NCBI GenBank assembly: GCA_050261575.1 | Contig: JBLNDL010000042.1 | Span: 1-64,000 of the forward strand | Direction of reading: 5' to 3' | DNA from: Sphingomonadaceae bacterium | GTDB lineage: Bacteria; Chloroflexota; UBA6077 | Length of the DNA: 64,000 nt | Shown here: piece after piece, positions 8,301-17,615 of the stretch | Numbering within the stretch: position 1 is the first letter of the stretch | Layout: each line of letters starts with the position of its first letter | Program-made: the position numbers and the translations under genes | Notes under the pieces: model-generated | What the model was told of the DNA's origin: nothing | What the model saw: the letters and a program-made list of their open reading frames with translations, nothing else | Database searches by the model: none

Positions 8301-8564
8301 CTACCTCCCTAGCACGGCCACCAGCAGTACGGCCCCGCCCAGCAGCAGTATCCCGCCGCCCATGTTGCCGGCATCCTTCGCCAGATTTCCGGCACCCTCG
8401 GCAACGTTGCCGGCGGCCCGGGTAATCTGCTGGGCGCTGGTCGCCGCTGCCTCGGATAGCTCCGGGCCGTGCTGGTACAGGGTGTAGCCGACGACCCCGA
8501 GTCCAAGGGCCTGGATGAGGAGCTGGATAATGGCCCGCAGTCCGGCGATGATGGCCATGGTCAT
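8301..8564 (-). CDS. Small two-TM virion membrane protein
   Basis: Start MTMAII (ATGA overlap); two hydrophobic segments. Confidence 0.6.
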   Translation of the reverse strand: MTMAIIAGLRAIIQLLIQALGLGVVGYTLYQHGPELSEAAATSAQQITRAAGNVAEGAGNLAKDAGNMGGGILLLGGAVLLVAVLGR

Positions 8565-8809
8565 GCCTCCCAGACGACCGACAGGACGTTGCCGGATATG
8601 CTCACCGAGATCAGCCGCTGCACGTGCGGCCGGATGGCTCCTGCGATGGCGTCCGCGACGTTGATCGGCCCGATCCACTCGGGCCACGGCACCGGCAGCG
8701 TAAGCTGTAGCTCCAGAACTTCGCCGGCCCCAGCGGAGTCGATGGCGGCCCCCAGGCCGGACATGTCGCCGTCGGCACCCACGGAACCGGACGAAAGTAC
8801 CGTGCTCAT
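8561..8809 (-). CDS. Hypothetical structural protein
   Basis: Start MSTVLS with GGAGG RBS. Confidence 0.5.
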   Translation of the reverse strand: MSTVLSSGSVGADGDMSGLGAAIDSAGAGEVLELQLTLPVPWPEWIGPINVADAIAGAIRPHVQRLISVSISGNVLSVVWEA

Positions 8810-8813
8810 ATGG

Positions 8814-9416
8814 CTACCTCCTCCCCAGCAGCGCCAGCAACACGATGGCCGCGACGCCGTACAACAGCAGCTTGTCGTTGTTGGTCGCCGGCACCGACAC
8901 CGGGGCACTGGCGCCACCAGCACCGGACGGCGCGGTCGGGCCGCCGCCGAGAATCGGGCAGGCCGCGCGGTTGAAGGCCGCGATCATGCTGGCCGTGTCC
9001 CAGGGGCCGGGGTATCCCGCGCCCTGGAGCTGCGACCGCAGGAAGGCGACGGTCATGGCGCCCTTGCAGGTGCTCACCAGTTGGTCGTCGGGGTTCGAGG
9101 CCGTGGCGGGCCCCGTGTTGGTGGAGGGCGCCGTGGCCGGCGGCTGCTGGATTGGCTGGGCCGGCTGGTTGATCCAGGTGACGGTGCCCTGGGCCGGATA
9201 GTACGGCCCGCGCTGGCCGGTATTCGTATCCACCACCTGGCCGTTCACAATTTGTAGCCCTTGGTTTGATTCGGAGCGGGCCGACTGTGGCTCCGCGGCC
9301 ACGCTGACGTACCCCGTGATGTTGCCGGAGCTGTCGCGGGTTGGGGCGTTATAGTCCGGGGCTCCGGCGGCGATCCACGCCGCACGCCGTGCCGCAGCAT
9401 CCTCTTCCGCACTCAT
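8814..9416 (-). CDS. Virion membrane protein (C-terminal TM anchor)
   Basis: Pro/Thr linkers; KLLLYGVAAIVLLALLGRR. Confidence 0.65.
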   Translation of the reverse strand: MSAEEDAAARRAAWIAAGAPDYNAPTRDSSGNITGYVSVAAEPQSARSESNQGLQIVNGQVVDTNTGQRGPYYPAQGTVTWINQPAQPIQQPPATAPSTNTGPATASNPDDQLVSTCKGAMTVAFLRSQLQGAGYPGPWDTASMIAAFNRAACPILGGGPTAPSGAGGASAPVSVPATNNDKLLLYGVAAIVLLALLGRR

Positions 9417-9418
9417 GC

Positions 9419-9886
9419 CTATCCCTCCACTAGCGCTATGATCACCAGGGCCGCGAGGGCGAGCAGCACCAGCCCGTCGGCCCCGGCCCCGGCGGGCGGT
9501 GCTGCGACACTGGCCCCTAGGGCGGCCGCAGCATCGGGGAGCCCGGCCATAGCAGCGTCCCGGGTGCTCCAGGGCGATATGGCCTCATACGGGGTGGCGC
9601 CCGCGTCCAGCCGTGACTGGATGTAGCGCATTGCTATCGCCAGGTTCTGCGCCGGGTGCAGCAGCACGCTCTCCGGGTAGCCGTTCCCCAGGCCTCCGCC
9701 GTCACCCAGGTTGTTGTTGTGCAGCTGCGTCAGCCCGAAGCTGCTGCCGTTATCGCCGACGGCCGACGGGTTATACCCGCTCTCCGGCCCGGCGATGGCC
9801 AGGGCCAGGGCGGCAGCGAGATCGCTCGCTCCCGTCTGTGCCTGGGCCTCACGAGCCCAGGCTATCGCCATTGCGGGTATCGCCAT
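9419..9886 (-). CDS. Membrane-anchored lytic transglycosylase (virion entry enzyme)
   Basis: AIAGPESGYNPSA (catalytic ES), GLTQ motif, C-terminal TM. Confidence 0.8.
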   Translation of the reverse strand: MAIPAMAIAWAREAQAQTGASDLAAALALAIAGPESGYNPSAVGDNGSSFGLTQLHNNNLGDGGGLGNGYPESVLLHPAQNLAIAMRYIQSRLDAGATPYEAISPWSTRDAAMAGLPDAAAALGASVAAPPAGAGADGLVLLALAALVIIALVEG

Positions 9887-9904
9887 TGGTCTCCACCCTC
9901 AGCC

Positions 9905-12331
9905 CTACGGCTGGGCCGTCCAGCTCCCCACCACATTGGTCACCACCCAGGTAGCTGTATCCTGCCTGCGGAGCGTCACGCTGGCCCCAATCTGGTTGCT
10001 CTGTATGTACTTGCCCGCCCCCGTGCCCAGCGGCCGGATAGTACTACCCGCGTCCGGCGCGATGGTCAGCGTCTGGGCCGCCAGAATTTCAAAGGTGATC
10101 TCTATGCCTACTGGGAACGTGCTCTCCAACGTGATGGTGGCAGCGTTGACATAGTTTCTGTTCGTGATCGTCCGATAGTACGCGGCAGGGCCAATGCTGG
10201 AGTTTGCAGCAGGTGGCTCCAACACCAGTATCCTGTACCTGTCCGTGAACGTGGCCTGTTTTGCGGCCAGCCAGACCGGATTCTGTCCTGCCATGACCTG
10301 CATGGCTATGGGGTCCATGACGGCGACTTTAGAGGGTTTATCCTGCGCCCCGGTGCGATAGTCGTTCACAAACACGGCCTGCGGGGGAAGGCTGCCGCTC
10401 GGCCCCACCACCGTGGGCTCGAAGATCGAGACATTCCCGAGTGGGTCTGTGCCCGTATCTGTAGACTCTGCCACTATGCAGAACGCCGAGGCCAAGTTGG
10501 GAGCCGAGCTGTTGGCCTGGTTAGGGTCTACGACCACCGGTTTATCGACGATCACCCGGGGGGCATTTATCCCCCAGGTAGCATAGAAGGCCGCGTAACG
10601 GGCCTGGATCCACATTGGCTCGCTAATGACGATACTGCCAGGCAGGGTTATCATTCCGCCGGTTAGCTGCACGGGCGCCCCCTGGCCGAGAACATTCACA
10701 TGCCCGCGTATCTGGATGCTCACCGTATGGCCACTGCCCCCAAGAGCATTGGGGTAGACCAGTATTCCGGCACCCGCGTTGAACGCCGTGTACGGCTCCT
10801 CGATCCAGATGTCCTCTAGGTAATGCGCGGTGCTGTAGGGCTCCAGGTCTATGCCCGCCTGCGGGTTGGTCCCGTTGGTGTTGGTCAGCCGCGGTCGGAC
10901 GATCCAGAGGCGCCGAGCGGAGCAGACAGAGATTCCCTGCCGCCGGTTGTTGTCGCAAACTGCGTCGATGATCGATACGTCATCGCTCCATGACTGGCCC
11001 CCGGTCGCGGAAGCATCGATGTAGATGCCGTCTCCCCAGCAGTTAGAGCAGGATGGGCGTACCACCCTGACTCTGGTGCTCCCGCAGATGGAGATACCCA
11101 TCCCCCACTCGCCGGTCGTGGCGGCGTTCAGGTCCCGCCGGCCATCTAGCGTGGCCCCCTCGATGACCACATTCTGACTGTCCCACACCCGCAGCATCTG
11201 ATAAGAGCCTAGATTGTGGGCTTTGTTCTGCAGCTTCGCGCCCGGGGCAAATACCACCCTGCTATTGCTGGCAACTGTCAGTCCCACCGCCGGGTCTATG
11301 ATATAGGTGCCAGGCGGCAACAGCAGGGTTGATCCAGCGGCCGCGTTGAGGGCCGCCTGCAGAGCTGCCGTATCGTCGGTAACCCCGTCTCCTTTTGCCC
11401 CGAACTCCCGCGCGTTGACTGTTTGCCCCGACAGACTGACCCACTGATAGCCGGTGTCCATCCAGACCCCGCGGGTCGTGTCGGTTACCCGGGCCAGGCG
11501 GCCGGCGGTCCCCGCAGCGGGCAGGGCTGCCGCAGCGTAGCCAGATAGCGGCAGGCCGGAGAGGTTGTCCAGGAGCTTAGAGGCGGCCCCGACCAGGCTC
11601 GCGGTGCCGGCCGCGTTGCCGTTCAGCGAGCCCGATATCAGGTTTCGGTCGCACCCGCTAGCCGCCACCTCCACAACGCCGTACTGCTGGGTCTTAGCCC
11701 CCTGGGTGTCGGTCGCGGCCACGGTGAGTGTCGCGTCGGTGGTAACGGCATCGAGGGTGACGCCGTTGCCGGCTACCCGCTGGCCATTGTTGATGGCGGT
11801 CACCATCCCGCTGGCGAAGGTGGACCCCGCCAGGTACACCCCATGGCGGCCGTTGGAGCTGGCCACCACATCCAGGACCGGGCGCTTGCAGGTGCTGAGC
11901 GCCAGCCCGTCGGTGTAGCAGTTCTGGATTGTCACAGCGAGCCGGGCATCGTCGCACTTCGACAGGTTGATCCCGTTCCCGCCGCTGGACTGGCTGGCTC
12001 GGTTCCCGTCTATCGTCCCGCCGCCGGTGATCCGTATCCCGGCGTTCCCGTTCGTCGGGTCGGCGTTGGCCACCACGTTGCAGTTGGCGCCGGCTGCCAG
12101 CATCAGGGTGCAGCCGGTGGGGATCACCAGCTCGCTGTTGCTCGGCATGAGGATGGATTGCCGGCACCACAGGGTCCCGACCGGCAGCAGGAGGGAGCCG
12201 CCTCCCGAGAGGCTGCCCCGGTTGAGGGCGTCGTTGATGCGCGCGGCGGCGTCCCCCTCGGGGTCGTTCACCGGGATTTCGAGCTCGTAGACCTGTCCGC
12301 CCGCTCGGAGCTGTGCCATACCGTCAGTCAT
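9905..12331 (-). CDS. Receptor-binding spike with two right-handed beta-helix (pectate lyase-like) domains
   Basis: DAAARINDAL...LLLPVGT and VNAREFGAKGDGVTDDTAALQAALN...LLLPPGTY starts; repeated beta-helix rungs. Confidence 0.8.
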   Translation of the reverse strand: MTDGMAQLRAGGQVYELEIPVNDPEGDAAARINDALNRGSLSGGGSLLLPVGTLWCRQSILMPSNSELVIPTGCTLMLAAGANCNVVANADPTNGNAGIRITGGGTIDGNRASQSSGGNGINLSKCDDARLAVTIQNCYTDGLALSTCKRPVLDVVASSNGRHGVYLAGSTFASGMVTAINNGQRVAGNGVTLDAVTTDATLTVAATDTQGAKTQQYGVVEVAASGCDRNLISGSLNGNAAGTASLVGAASKLLDNLSGLPLSGYAAAALPAAGTAGRLARVTDTTRGVWMDTGYQWVSLSGQTVNAREFGAKGDGVTDDTAALQAALNAAAGSTLLLPPGTYIIDPAVGLTVASNSRVVFAPGAKLQNKAHNLGSYQMLRVWDSQNVVIEGATLDGRRDLNAATTGEWGMGISICGSTRVRVVRPSCSNCWGDGIYIDASATGGQSWSDDVSIIDAVCDNNRRQGISVCSARRLWIVRPRLTNTNGTNPQAGIDLEPYSTAHYLEDIWIEEPYTAFNAGAGILVYPNALGGSGHTVSIQIRGHVNVLGQGAPVQLTGGMITLPGSIVISEPMWIQARYAAFYATWGINAPRVIVDKPVVVDPNQANSSAPNLASAFCIVAESTDTGTDPLGNVSIFEPTVVGPSGSLPPQAVFVNDYRTGAQDKPSKVAVMDPIAMQVMAGQNPVWLAAKQATFTDRYRILVLEPPAANSSIGPAAYYRTITNRNYVNAATITLESTFPVGIEITFEILAAQTLTIAPDAGSTIRPLGTGAGKYIQSNQIGASVTLRRQDTATWVVTNVVGSWTAQP

Positions 12332-12341
12332 CGCCCGCCCC

Positions 12342-13229
12342 CTACCGCCCCACCGTGCCCTGGGCCGAGACCTTGGTGGTCACGCCGGAGCCGCCGGCGG
12401 CCACCGTCACGCTCATGGCGGTGTTCACGGAGCCCCGCAGCGGCTGGGTGAACTCGTAGTCGTTCACTCCCTGGGTTCCGCCGGCCTGGCCGATGTAGGC
12501 GTCCCAGATGACCGTGGCGCCGTCCTTCACCTGGACGTTGGCGTCGGCTGCCGGCGCCCCGCCGCTCCAGCTCACCGTGAGTCCGGAGAGGTAGTTTCGC
12601 AGCCCCGCCCCGGCCGCGGCCTGGGTCACCGTCTGGGCGGTGTTGGCAGCCGAGGTCCCCACCAGGTTCCAGGTGGTCGGCTGGGGCTGCACCCGCAGCC
12701 ATCCCTGGGCCAGGTTAACGACGCCCGCCAGCAGCGCCACCAGCCCGCGCAATTTGGCGGAGATGGTACCGGGCGCATCCGAGGTGACGGCCGTATCGGT
12801 GGTAGATCCCTGGGCTACATCCTGCCCGTCGGCGATGGAGACCTGCGGGGAACCCGTGATGTTCACCACGGCGCTGGCCGCGGCGATGAAGGGCGTGAGG
12901 ATCACGGTGATCCCGCCGGATCCGCTGCCGCTGATGGAGGTGATGGCCGCCGTCACCACCTGGGCCACGTTCAGCACCGCGTAGCGGGTGGTGGCCGATA
13001 CGGCCTTGCTGGCGTTGGGGTCCGGCTCCCGCACCCAGGCCGAGCCGTTGTTGCCCCAGATCTCAACGACCCCGGTGTAGTTGTCGCAGATCACGTCCAC
13101 CAGCACGCCGTTGGCGTACTGGCAGGGCACCTGCAGAGCCGTACCCACCGGCACCAGCGACCGAGCCTGGCTGATCACCACCACGCTGTCCTGCTTGGCA
13201 TCGAGGCTGATGCTATCCGCCATCCGCAT
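12342..13229 (-). CDS. Beta-rich structural protein, candidate penton/spike base
   Basis: Two beta-strand-rich regions separated by a short helix; lies between capsid and spike genes. Confidence 0.5.
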   Translation of the reverse strand: MRMADSISLDAKQDSVVVISQARSLVPVGTALQVPCQYANGVLVDVICDNYTGVVEIWGNNGSAWVREPDPNASKAVSATTRYAVLNVAQVVTAAITSISGSGSGGITVILTPFIAAASAVVNITGSPQVSIADGQDVAQGSTTDTAVTSDAPGTISAKLRGLVALLAGVVNLAQGWLRVQPQPTTWNLVGTSAANTAQTVTQAAAGAGLRNYLSGLTVSWSGGAPAADANVQVKDGATVIWDAYIGQAGGTQGVNDYEFTQPLRGSVNTAMSVTVAAGGSGVTTKVSAQGTVGR

Positions 13230-13276
13230 CTCCCGTTTGCCCGGGGGTCACCTCGACCCCCGGGCCAGGAATGGGG

Positions 13277-14320
13277 CTAGCTAGCCAGGTCATAGAAGCG
13301 GTGCAGCATGAGCACCGTCCCCACGCTGGCTACACCCATGTCGATCACGATGTCGCCGGGATCGAACCCGCGCATGTCCAGACCGTAGAGCTGGTTGACC
13401 GCGCCGCCGATGGTCGTGAGGTCGATCCGCCCCACGCCTGCATCGACCCCCGCCGTGACCACCGGAGTTCCGAAGGTCGTGCCGTCGTCCTCGCAGATGC
13501 CCGTGGTCCTGCCCGTGTCCACCTCGAAGCTATCCCACGCCCAGCGGGCGATGCGGGCATTGCCATCCTTGGGGATGCGCACCCCGATATCGGTAAGTGC
13601 CGAGCTGGAACGGTTGTCCGCCGGCGCCGAACCGGCCAGGCTCAGCACCGTTGTGCTGTGCCAGAAGTGGCTCTGGGGCACCTGGTAGGGCGTCCCCTGG
13701 CTGCCTGAGGTGCTGGGCGGTATGAAGGCGTTGGTGGTGAGCAGCGGCAGCGCCGCCGGCACGATGGGCGCCTCGCCCGCCTTCGCCTGGATGCCATAGA
13801 GCGTCACACTGAGCTGGGTCCCGGCGTTCAACGTCCAGCCGCTCCCCAGGTTGGTCTGGGGCGCCCACGTGGGGATCAGCGTGAGCTGCGACTGCCCTGC
13901 CGGGATCCCGGCCGTGAGATCGAATGGGTTGTAGGTGCCGTCCGGACTCACCGGCCTGGATCCGAAGTGGAGCCGGATCTGGGCCTTCCGCGTGACGCCG
14001 GTCTGGCTGGCACCCGGGGCGGACTTGGCCACGTACTTGGAGCCATTCGGCAGGAAGATCTTGTTCTCGAAGTGCACCGGCCGCAGGTCGCCGATGGCGA
14101 CGTAGTTGCGCCCGCCGTCGCCCACCAGCATCAGGCTGGAGAGGCAGCGGTAGTACGGGTCCTGGGTGGTGCCGGGGCTCGCCGTGGTGGTGATGTTGAA
14201 GTCGAAATCCAGCAGCATGCTGGTGATCACGTAGGGCCTGGGCGAGAGCTCCAGCGGCGTCGCAATGCCGCTCGCGTAGCCCTTGGAGGTGGTTATCCGC
14301 TCAACGAATCTGCGTGGCAT
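13277..14320 (-). CDS. Major capsid protein, double jelly-roll (STIV-like)
   Basis: 347 aa, beta-rich; residue pattern parallels STIV B345 as recalled; GGGGAGGTG RBS; context of packaging ATPase and membrane proteins. Confidence 0.75.
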   Translation of the reverse strand: MPRRFVERITTSKGYASGIATPLELSPRPYVITSMLLDFDFNITTTASPGTTQDPYYRCLSSLMLVGDGGRNYVAIGDLRPVHFENKIFLPNGSKYVAKSAPGASQTGVTRKAQIRLHFGSRPVSPDGTYNPFDLTAGIPAGQSQLTLIPTWAPQTNLGSGWTLNAGTQLSVTLYGIQAKAGEAPIVPAALPLLTTNAFIPPSTSGSQGTPYQVPQSHFWHSTTVLSLAGSAPADNRSSSALTDIGVRIPKDGNARIARWAWDSFEVDTGRTTGICEDDGTTFGTPVVTAGVDAGVGRIDLTTIGGAVNQLYGLDMRGFDPGDIVIDMGVASVGTVLMLHRFYDLAS

Positions 14321-14334
14321 CTCTCACACCTCCC

Positions 14335-14808
14335 CTATAGCTGGCTCTGCACGGTGGGCTGTGCAGGCTGGAGTTGCTGCTGCTGGCTCCCCTCGGCCTT
14401 GGGGGCCGGCAGCGCGAACTTGCTGGAGACCGCCGGCAGCCCGGCAAAGGCGTCGAAACCGGGCACGAACGCTCCCACGCCCTGGTTCAGGGCGATGGCG
14501 AGGCCGCCCAGCCGCGCGTAGTCGCCGTAGTGGCGGCGCCACTTGCCAACGCCCCATCCGACCACCGCCGCCGAGACGGCCGACAGCGCGGCACGGCCCA
14601 GGCCGCTCTTCAGCTTGTCGATGGCGTTGGTGATGGGCGCGGCGACGCCGGACATGGCGCCGGCCACCTGGCTGGTGAGGTAGGCGCCGGCACCCACTGA
14701 GATGATGTTCTCCGCCGGGGTGCCCAGCACCTCGGGGTTGCGCCGGACCGCTCTGGCCCGGTGGTGTCCGCCGCGATGCCGGCGGACAGGTCTGAGGACG
14801 AATGCCAT
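14335..14808 (-). CDS. Virion membrane protein with Arg/His-rich N-terminus ending RRNP
   Basis: RPVRRHRGGHHRARAVRRNP, then Gly/Ala-rich hydrophobic helices; directly upstream of the capsid gene. Confidence 0.7.
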   Translation of the reverse strand: MAFVLRPVRRHRGGHHRARAVRRNPEVLGTPAENIISVGAGAYLTSQVAGAMSGVAAPITNAIDKLKSGLGRAALSAVSAAVVGWGVGKWRRHYGDYARLGGLAIALNQGVGAFVPGFDAFAGLPAVSSKFALPAPKAEGSQQQQLQPAQPTVQSQL

Positions 14809-14881
14809 ACGTCCCTCCGCTGTTCGTCGCCCGCAACGCGGCAGGCGGAAATCGTGGTCCCTCGCGGGGACCTACACCACG

Positions 14882-14911
14882 AACATACCAGAGGGACGCA
14901 AGGGTATACCC
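14882..14911 (-). promoter_or_regulatory. Putative late promoter 1 (palindrome plus extended -10)
   Basis: GGGTATACCC (14902-14911), 14-nt gap, TGgTATGTT on minus strand. Confidence 0.6.
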
Positions 14912-14935
14912 CCTGCAAAACTCGCCGAAAACTCG

Positions 14936-15757
14936 CTACCCGGCCACTCCGCCGGCCTCCACCAGCCGGCGCAGTTCGGACAGCAGCTGGAGGGTGTAGT
15001 CGCGGTGGGAGATCAGCCAGCCGATGACCGGCTCCCAGCCGGGCTCGTCCGCGAGCTCCCCCAGGATCGCCATGGCCTCCTCGTCACTCAGGGCGAGGGC
15101 CGTGTTCAGGACCTCCACCAGGGCCGGCATGCTCCCGGCGAGCCGGAGGAGCTGGCCGGCCATGTCCTCGGGGGATCGCCGCTCCAGCATCACCAGGATC
15201 GCCTTTGCCTGGAGGCGACCCAGGGGAGGCATCCTCGAACCCGGCTCCGGCTGCTGTGCGGGGGCGGCCAACTGCTCGGGGGCCGCGGGCGGCGCCACCT
15301 GGGGCTGGCCGGCCGTGGGGGCGGGGGTGGCCTGCTGCGTCTGCTGCTGCAGTATGGCCTGCTGGATGGCGGCCCCCACGCCGGCGCCGATCCCCTGGCC
15401 CAGGGGACTGTTCAGCAGCGCGGCCAACCACCCGGGGGTGTCGTCGGGCACCTCCACCGGCTCCACCGGCTCCGGCGCCAGCGCCTCCTGGAGCTTCCGC
15501 AGCGCCTCCGCCTGCTCCAGCACCTCCTGGAGGGCCGAGCCTCCTTGGCGGTCGCGCACGGCCACCAGCGCCCGGTATTTCTGGGGCCGCAGCAGCAAGA
15601 GCGCCCGCTCCGGATCCTGGGCCGCGATCTGGTTCAGCACCTCCTGCTCGGCCCTCGCCCTGGCGGTGCGGGCCTGTATCTCGGCCAGGCGAAGAGTCTC
15701 CTCCGCCTCGGCGATACGCTGGGTCATGGGCCGCTGCCTACGCCCGAACAGCTTCAT
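14936..15757 (-). CDS. Hypothetical helical protein with Pro/Gln-rich linker (morphogenesis region)
   Basis: Start MKLFGRR with AGGAGG RBS. Confidence 0.65.
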   Translation of the reverse strand: MKLFGRRQRPMTQRIAEAEETLRLAEIQARTARARAEQEVLNQIAAQDPERALLLLRPQKYRALVAVRDRQGGSALQEVLEQAEALRKLQEALAPEPVEPVEVPDDTPGWLAALLNSPLGQGIGAGVGAAIQQAILQQQTQQATPAPTAGQPQVAPPAAPEQLAAPAQQPEPGSRMPPLGRLQAKAILVMLERRSPEDMAGQLLRLAGSMPALVEVLNTALALSDEEAMAILGELADEPGWEPVIGWLISHRDYTLQLLSELRRLVEAGGVAG

Positions 15758-15788
15758 GGGAACCTCCTGGCTGGATCGGTGTGCACCT

Positions 15789-15837
15789 AGCCTATCACGG
15801 CAGGGGAAGGGTATACCCTTGCCGCCAATGCTAGACT
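15789..15837. promoter_or_regulatory. Putative divergent promoter pair around AAGGGTATACCCTT
   Basis: Palindrome 15807-15820; TGaTAGGCT on minus (14-nt gap); TGcTAGACT on plus. Confidence 0.6.
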
Positions 15838-15847
15838 GATCACGCAG

Positions 15848-16174
15848 ATGACAACTCAATCGGGGAGAAACACGGTGAGCACCCAAACCAAGCCCGATGT
15901 GCGGCTGCTCCGAACCGCTGCGGGCCTCACGCAGCAGCAACTTGCGTTCACTTTAGGCACTGCCATCGCCTCCATCGTGAGATGGGAGCATGGCGCCGCC
16001 ATCTCGCCCATGGGCCGGCGACTCCTGGAGACATGGGCGTCCCAGCCCCGCGTCCTGCGCCGGCTCCTCTCCCGCCTCACTCCCCAGGAGCTGGCGGCGG
16101 CACTGGGCTACCCGCCGCAGAGCCCCACCGACGGCGCGCCGCCGCCATCCTCATCGCCGCCTCCAGCCGGTTGA
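15848..16174 (+). CDS. Cro/XRE-type HTH regulator (candidate late regulator)
   Basis: VRLLRTAAGLTQQQLAFTLGTAIASIVRWEHG. Confidence 0.8.
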   Translation: MTTQSGRNTVSTQTKPDVRLLRTAAGLTQQQLAFTLGTAIASIVRWEHGAAISPMGRRLLETWASQPRVLRRLLSRLTPQELAAALGYPPQSPTDGAPPPSSSPPPAG

Positions 16175-16469
16175 CATGGGCGAGCGCCCGGTCGACGCTC
16201 TGGCGGATGACCTCCAGTTCCGCCTCGGCGCCGGGCGGCGCACCCACCTCGATGAGCCTAGTGGAGATACACATCAGGTGCCACCGAATTGCCTTCAGAT
16301 CATGGCTATTGAGCCGTGCCCTCACCGCCGCCAACTTCCACCCTCCAGACATGTTGCTTGATCGCAGGGTGTATGTCAGTCCCGCTCATCCGTGCCTCTT
16401 GCCGCTTGTCAATTGCATCTTCAACTCGCTAGCAGCTGGAGCAGCTGCGTGGCGTACCCTCCCCCGCGA

Positions 16470-16679
16470 CTACGCCCCCGCACGGGCTCTCCGGTGCTGC
16501 TCGCAGACCCAGGCCATCTCCCGCACGGCCGCCGTATCGACGATCTCGACCCGCAGCCCGCGCCTGATCCAGGGCGCGACCAATCGCGATGTGTCCGTCC
16601 TGTGAGCGGGGTTATCGACGGCCGCCCCGCGGATGCAGCCGCACTCCGCTATCGCGATGTAGCTCCGCGTATGCTCCAT
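16470..16679 (-). CDS. Small Cys-containing hypothetical phage protein
   Basis: GGAGG RBS; ECGC...VCEQH. Confidence 0.5.
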   Translation of the reverse strand: MEHTRSYIAIAECGCIRGAAVDNPAHRTDTSRLVAPWIRRGLRVEIVDTAAVREMAWVCEQHRRARAGA

Positions 16680-16682
16680 GGT

Positions 16683-17141
16683 TCAGACCCTCCGCTTGTC
16701 TAACACCTCGGCCATGCACGCCGGGCATATCCCGTGGGTCCATGCCCGCAGCTCCCACGTGCCCTCGCGCCAGATCAGAGCCCACCGCGTCAGCAGCCGC
16801 GGCCGCGATGGGGCGCGCAGCTCGCCCGTGCGGTGGTCCCTCACCCGGTGGCACCATGCACACTGCCACGAAAGCGACGTGTTGCCGCCGGCAAGGGCCA
16901 GCGCCACGTCCAGCCCGGCTGCGTCGTCGCCATGGGCCAGCACCAGGCCGCGCCCCGGTACGGCGTGCGACCCAGCGAGCAGCCGCAGGCCCCAGCGGAC
17001 GCGGTGGGCGTAGTAGGTCACCAGCCGCCGGTAGTCCCGCTCACGGCTGTACCGCGCCGGGTCGAGAGCTGCCAGCCGACGCCGGTCTCGCTCGATCTGT
17101 CTCACGATGCGCTCACTCGTCCTGGTTGTGGCTCTGTCCAC
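16683..17141 (-). CDS. Hypothetical zinc-finger phage protein
   Basis: CAWC...THGICPAC motif. Confidence 0.6.
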   Translation of the reverse strand: MDRATTRTSERIVRQIERDRRRLAALDPARYSRERDYRRLVTYYAHRVRWGLRLLAGSHAVPGRGLVLAHGDDAAGLDVALALAGGNTSLSWQCAWCHRVRDHRTGELRAPSRPRLLTRWALIWREGTWELRAWTHGICPACMAEVLDKRRV

Positions 17142-17418
17142 CCAACTCCTCCAGCCTCAATGCTCCCGGCGTGACCCAGCGCTCGGTGTAGCCCCCCGAG
17201 CGCAGCGGGACCCGCACCAGCACGCGCCGCCGGGACACGCGGAGCACGGTGACGGGGACGGGGATCACATAGCCGTACCCGCCGCGCGCCTCATACATCC
17301 ACGTGGCCCTGGCCCCGGGAACGATCTCCCTAGAGGGCAGCGCTTCGGAACTGGCCCCGTGGTACAGAATCACACCGTTCCTCCGATCCTTATCGTTGCT
17401 GTACTCGACCTCCCTCAT
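17113..17418 (-). CDS. Hypothetical phage protein
   Basis: 101-aa ORF in early operon. Confidence 0.5.
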   Translation of the reverse strand: MREVEYSNDKDRRNGVILYHGASSEALPSREIVPGARATWMYEARGGYGYVIPVPVTVLRVSRRRVLVRVPLRSGGYTERWVTPGALRLEELGGQSHNQDE

Positions 17419-17615
17419 GCCGATCGCCCTCGCCTACATCCCCACCAGTGGCAGCTGCATCCCCCAATCCGGCCGCTGTCGCTCCTGCCAGCACCCCTCG
17501 CACATGACGCCCGTGTCGTACCGCCCCGGCCCGTACCCGTAGATCGTGTGGTTGTAGTGCCACCCCTGCGGCCAGTGCGAGCCCGACAGGGAGTAGACCT
17601 GTGTCTCGCGCCGAC

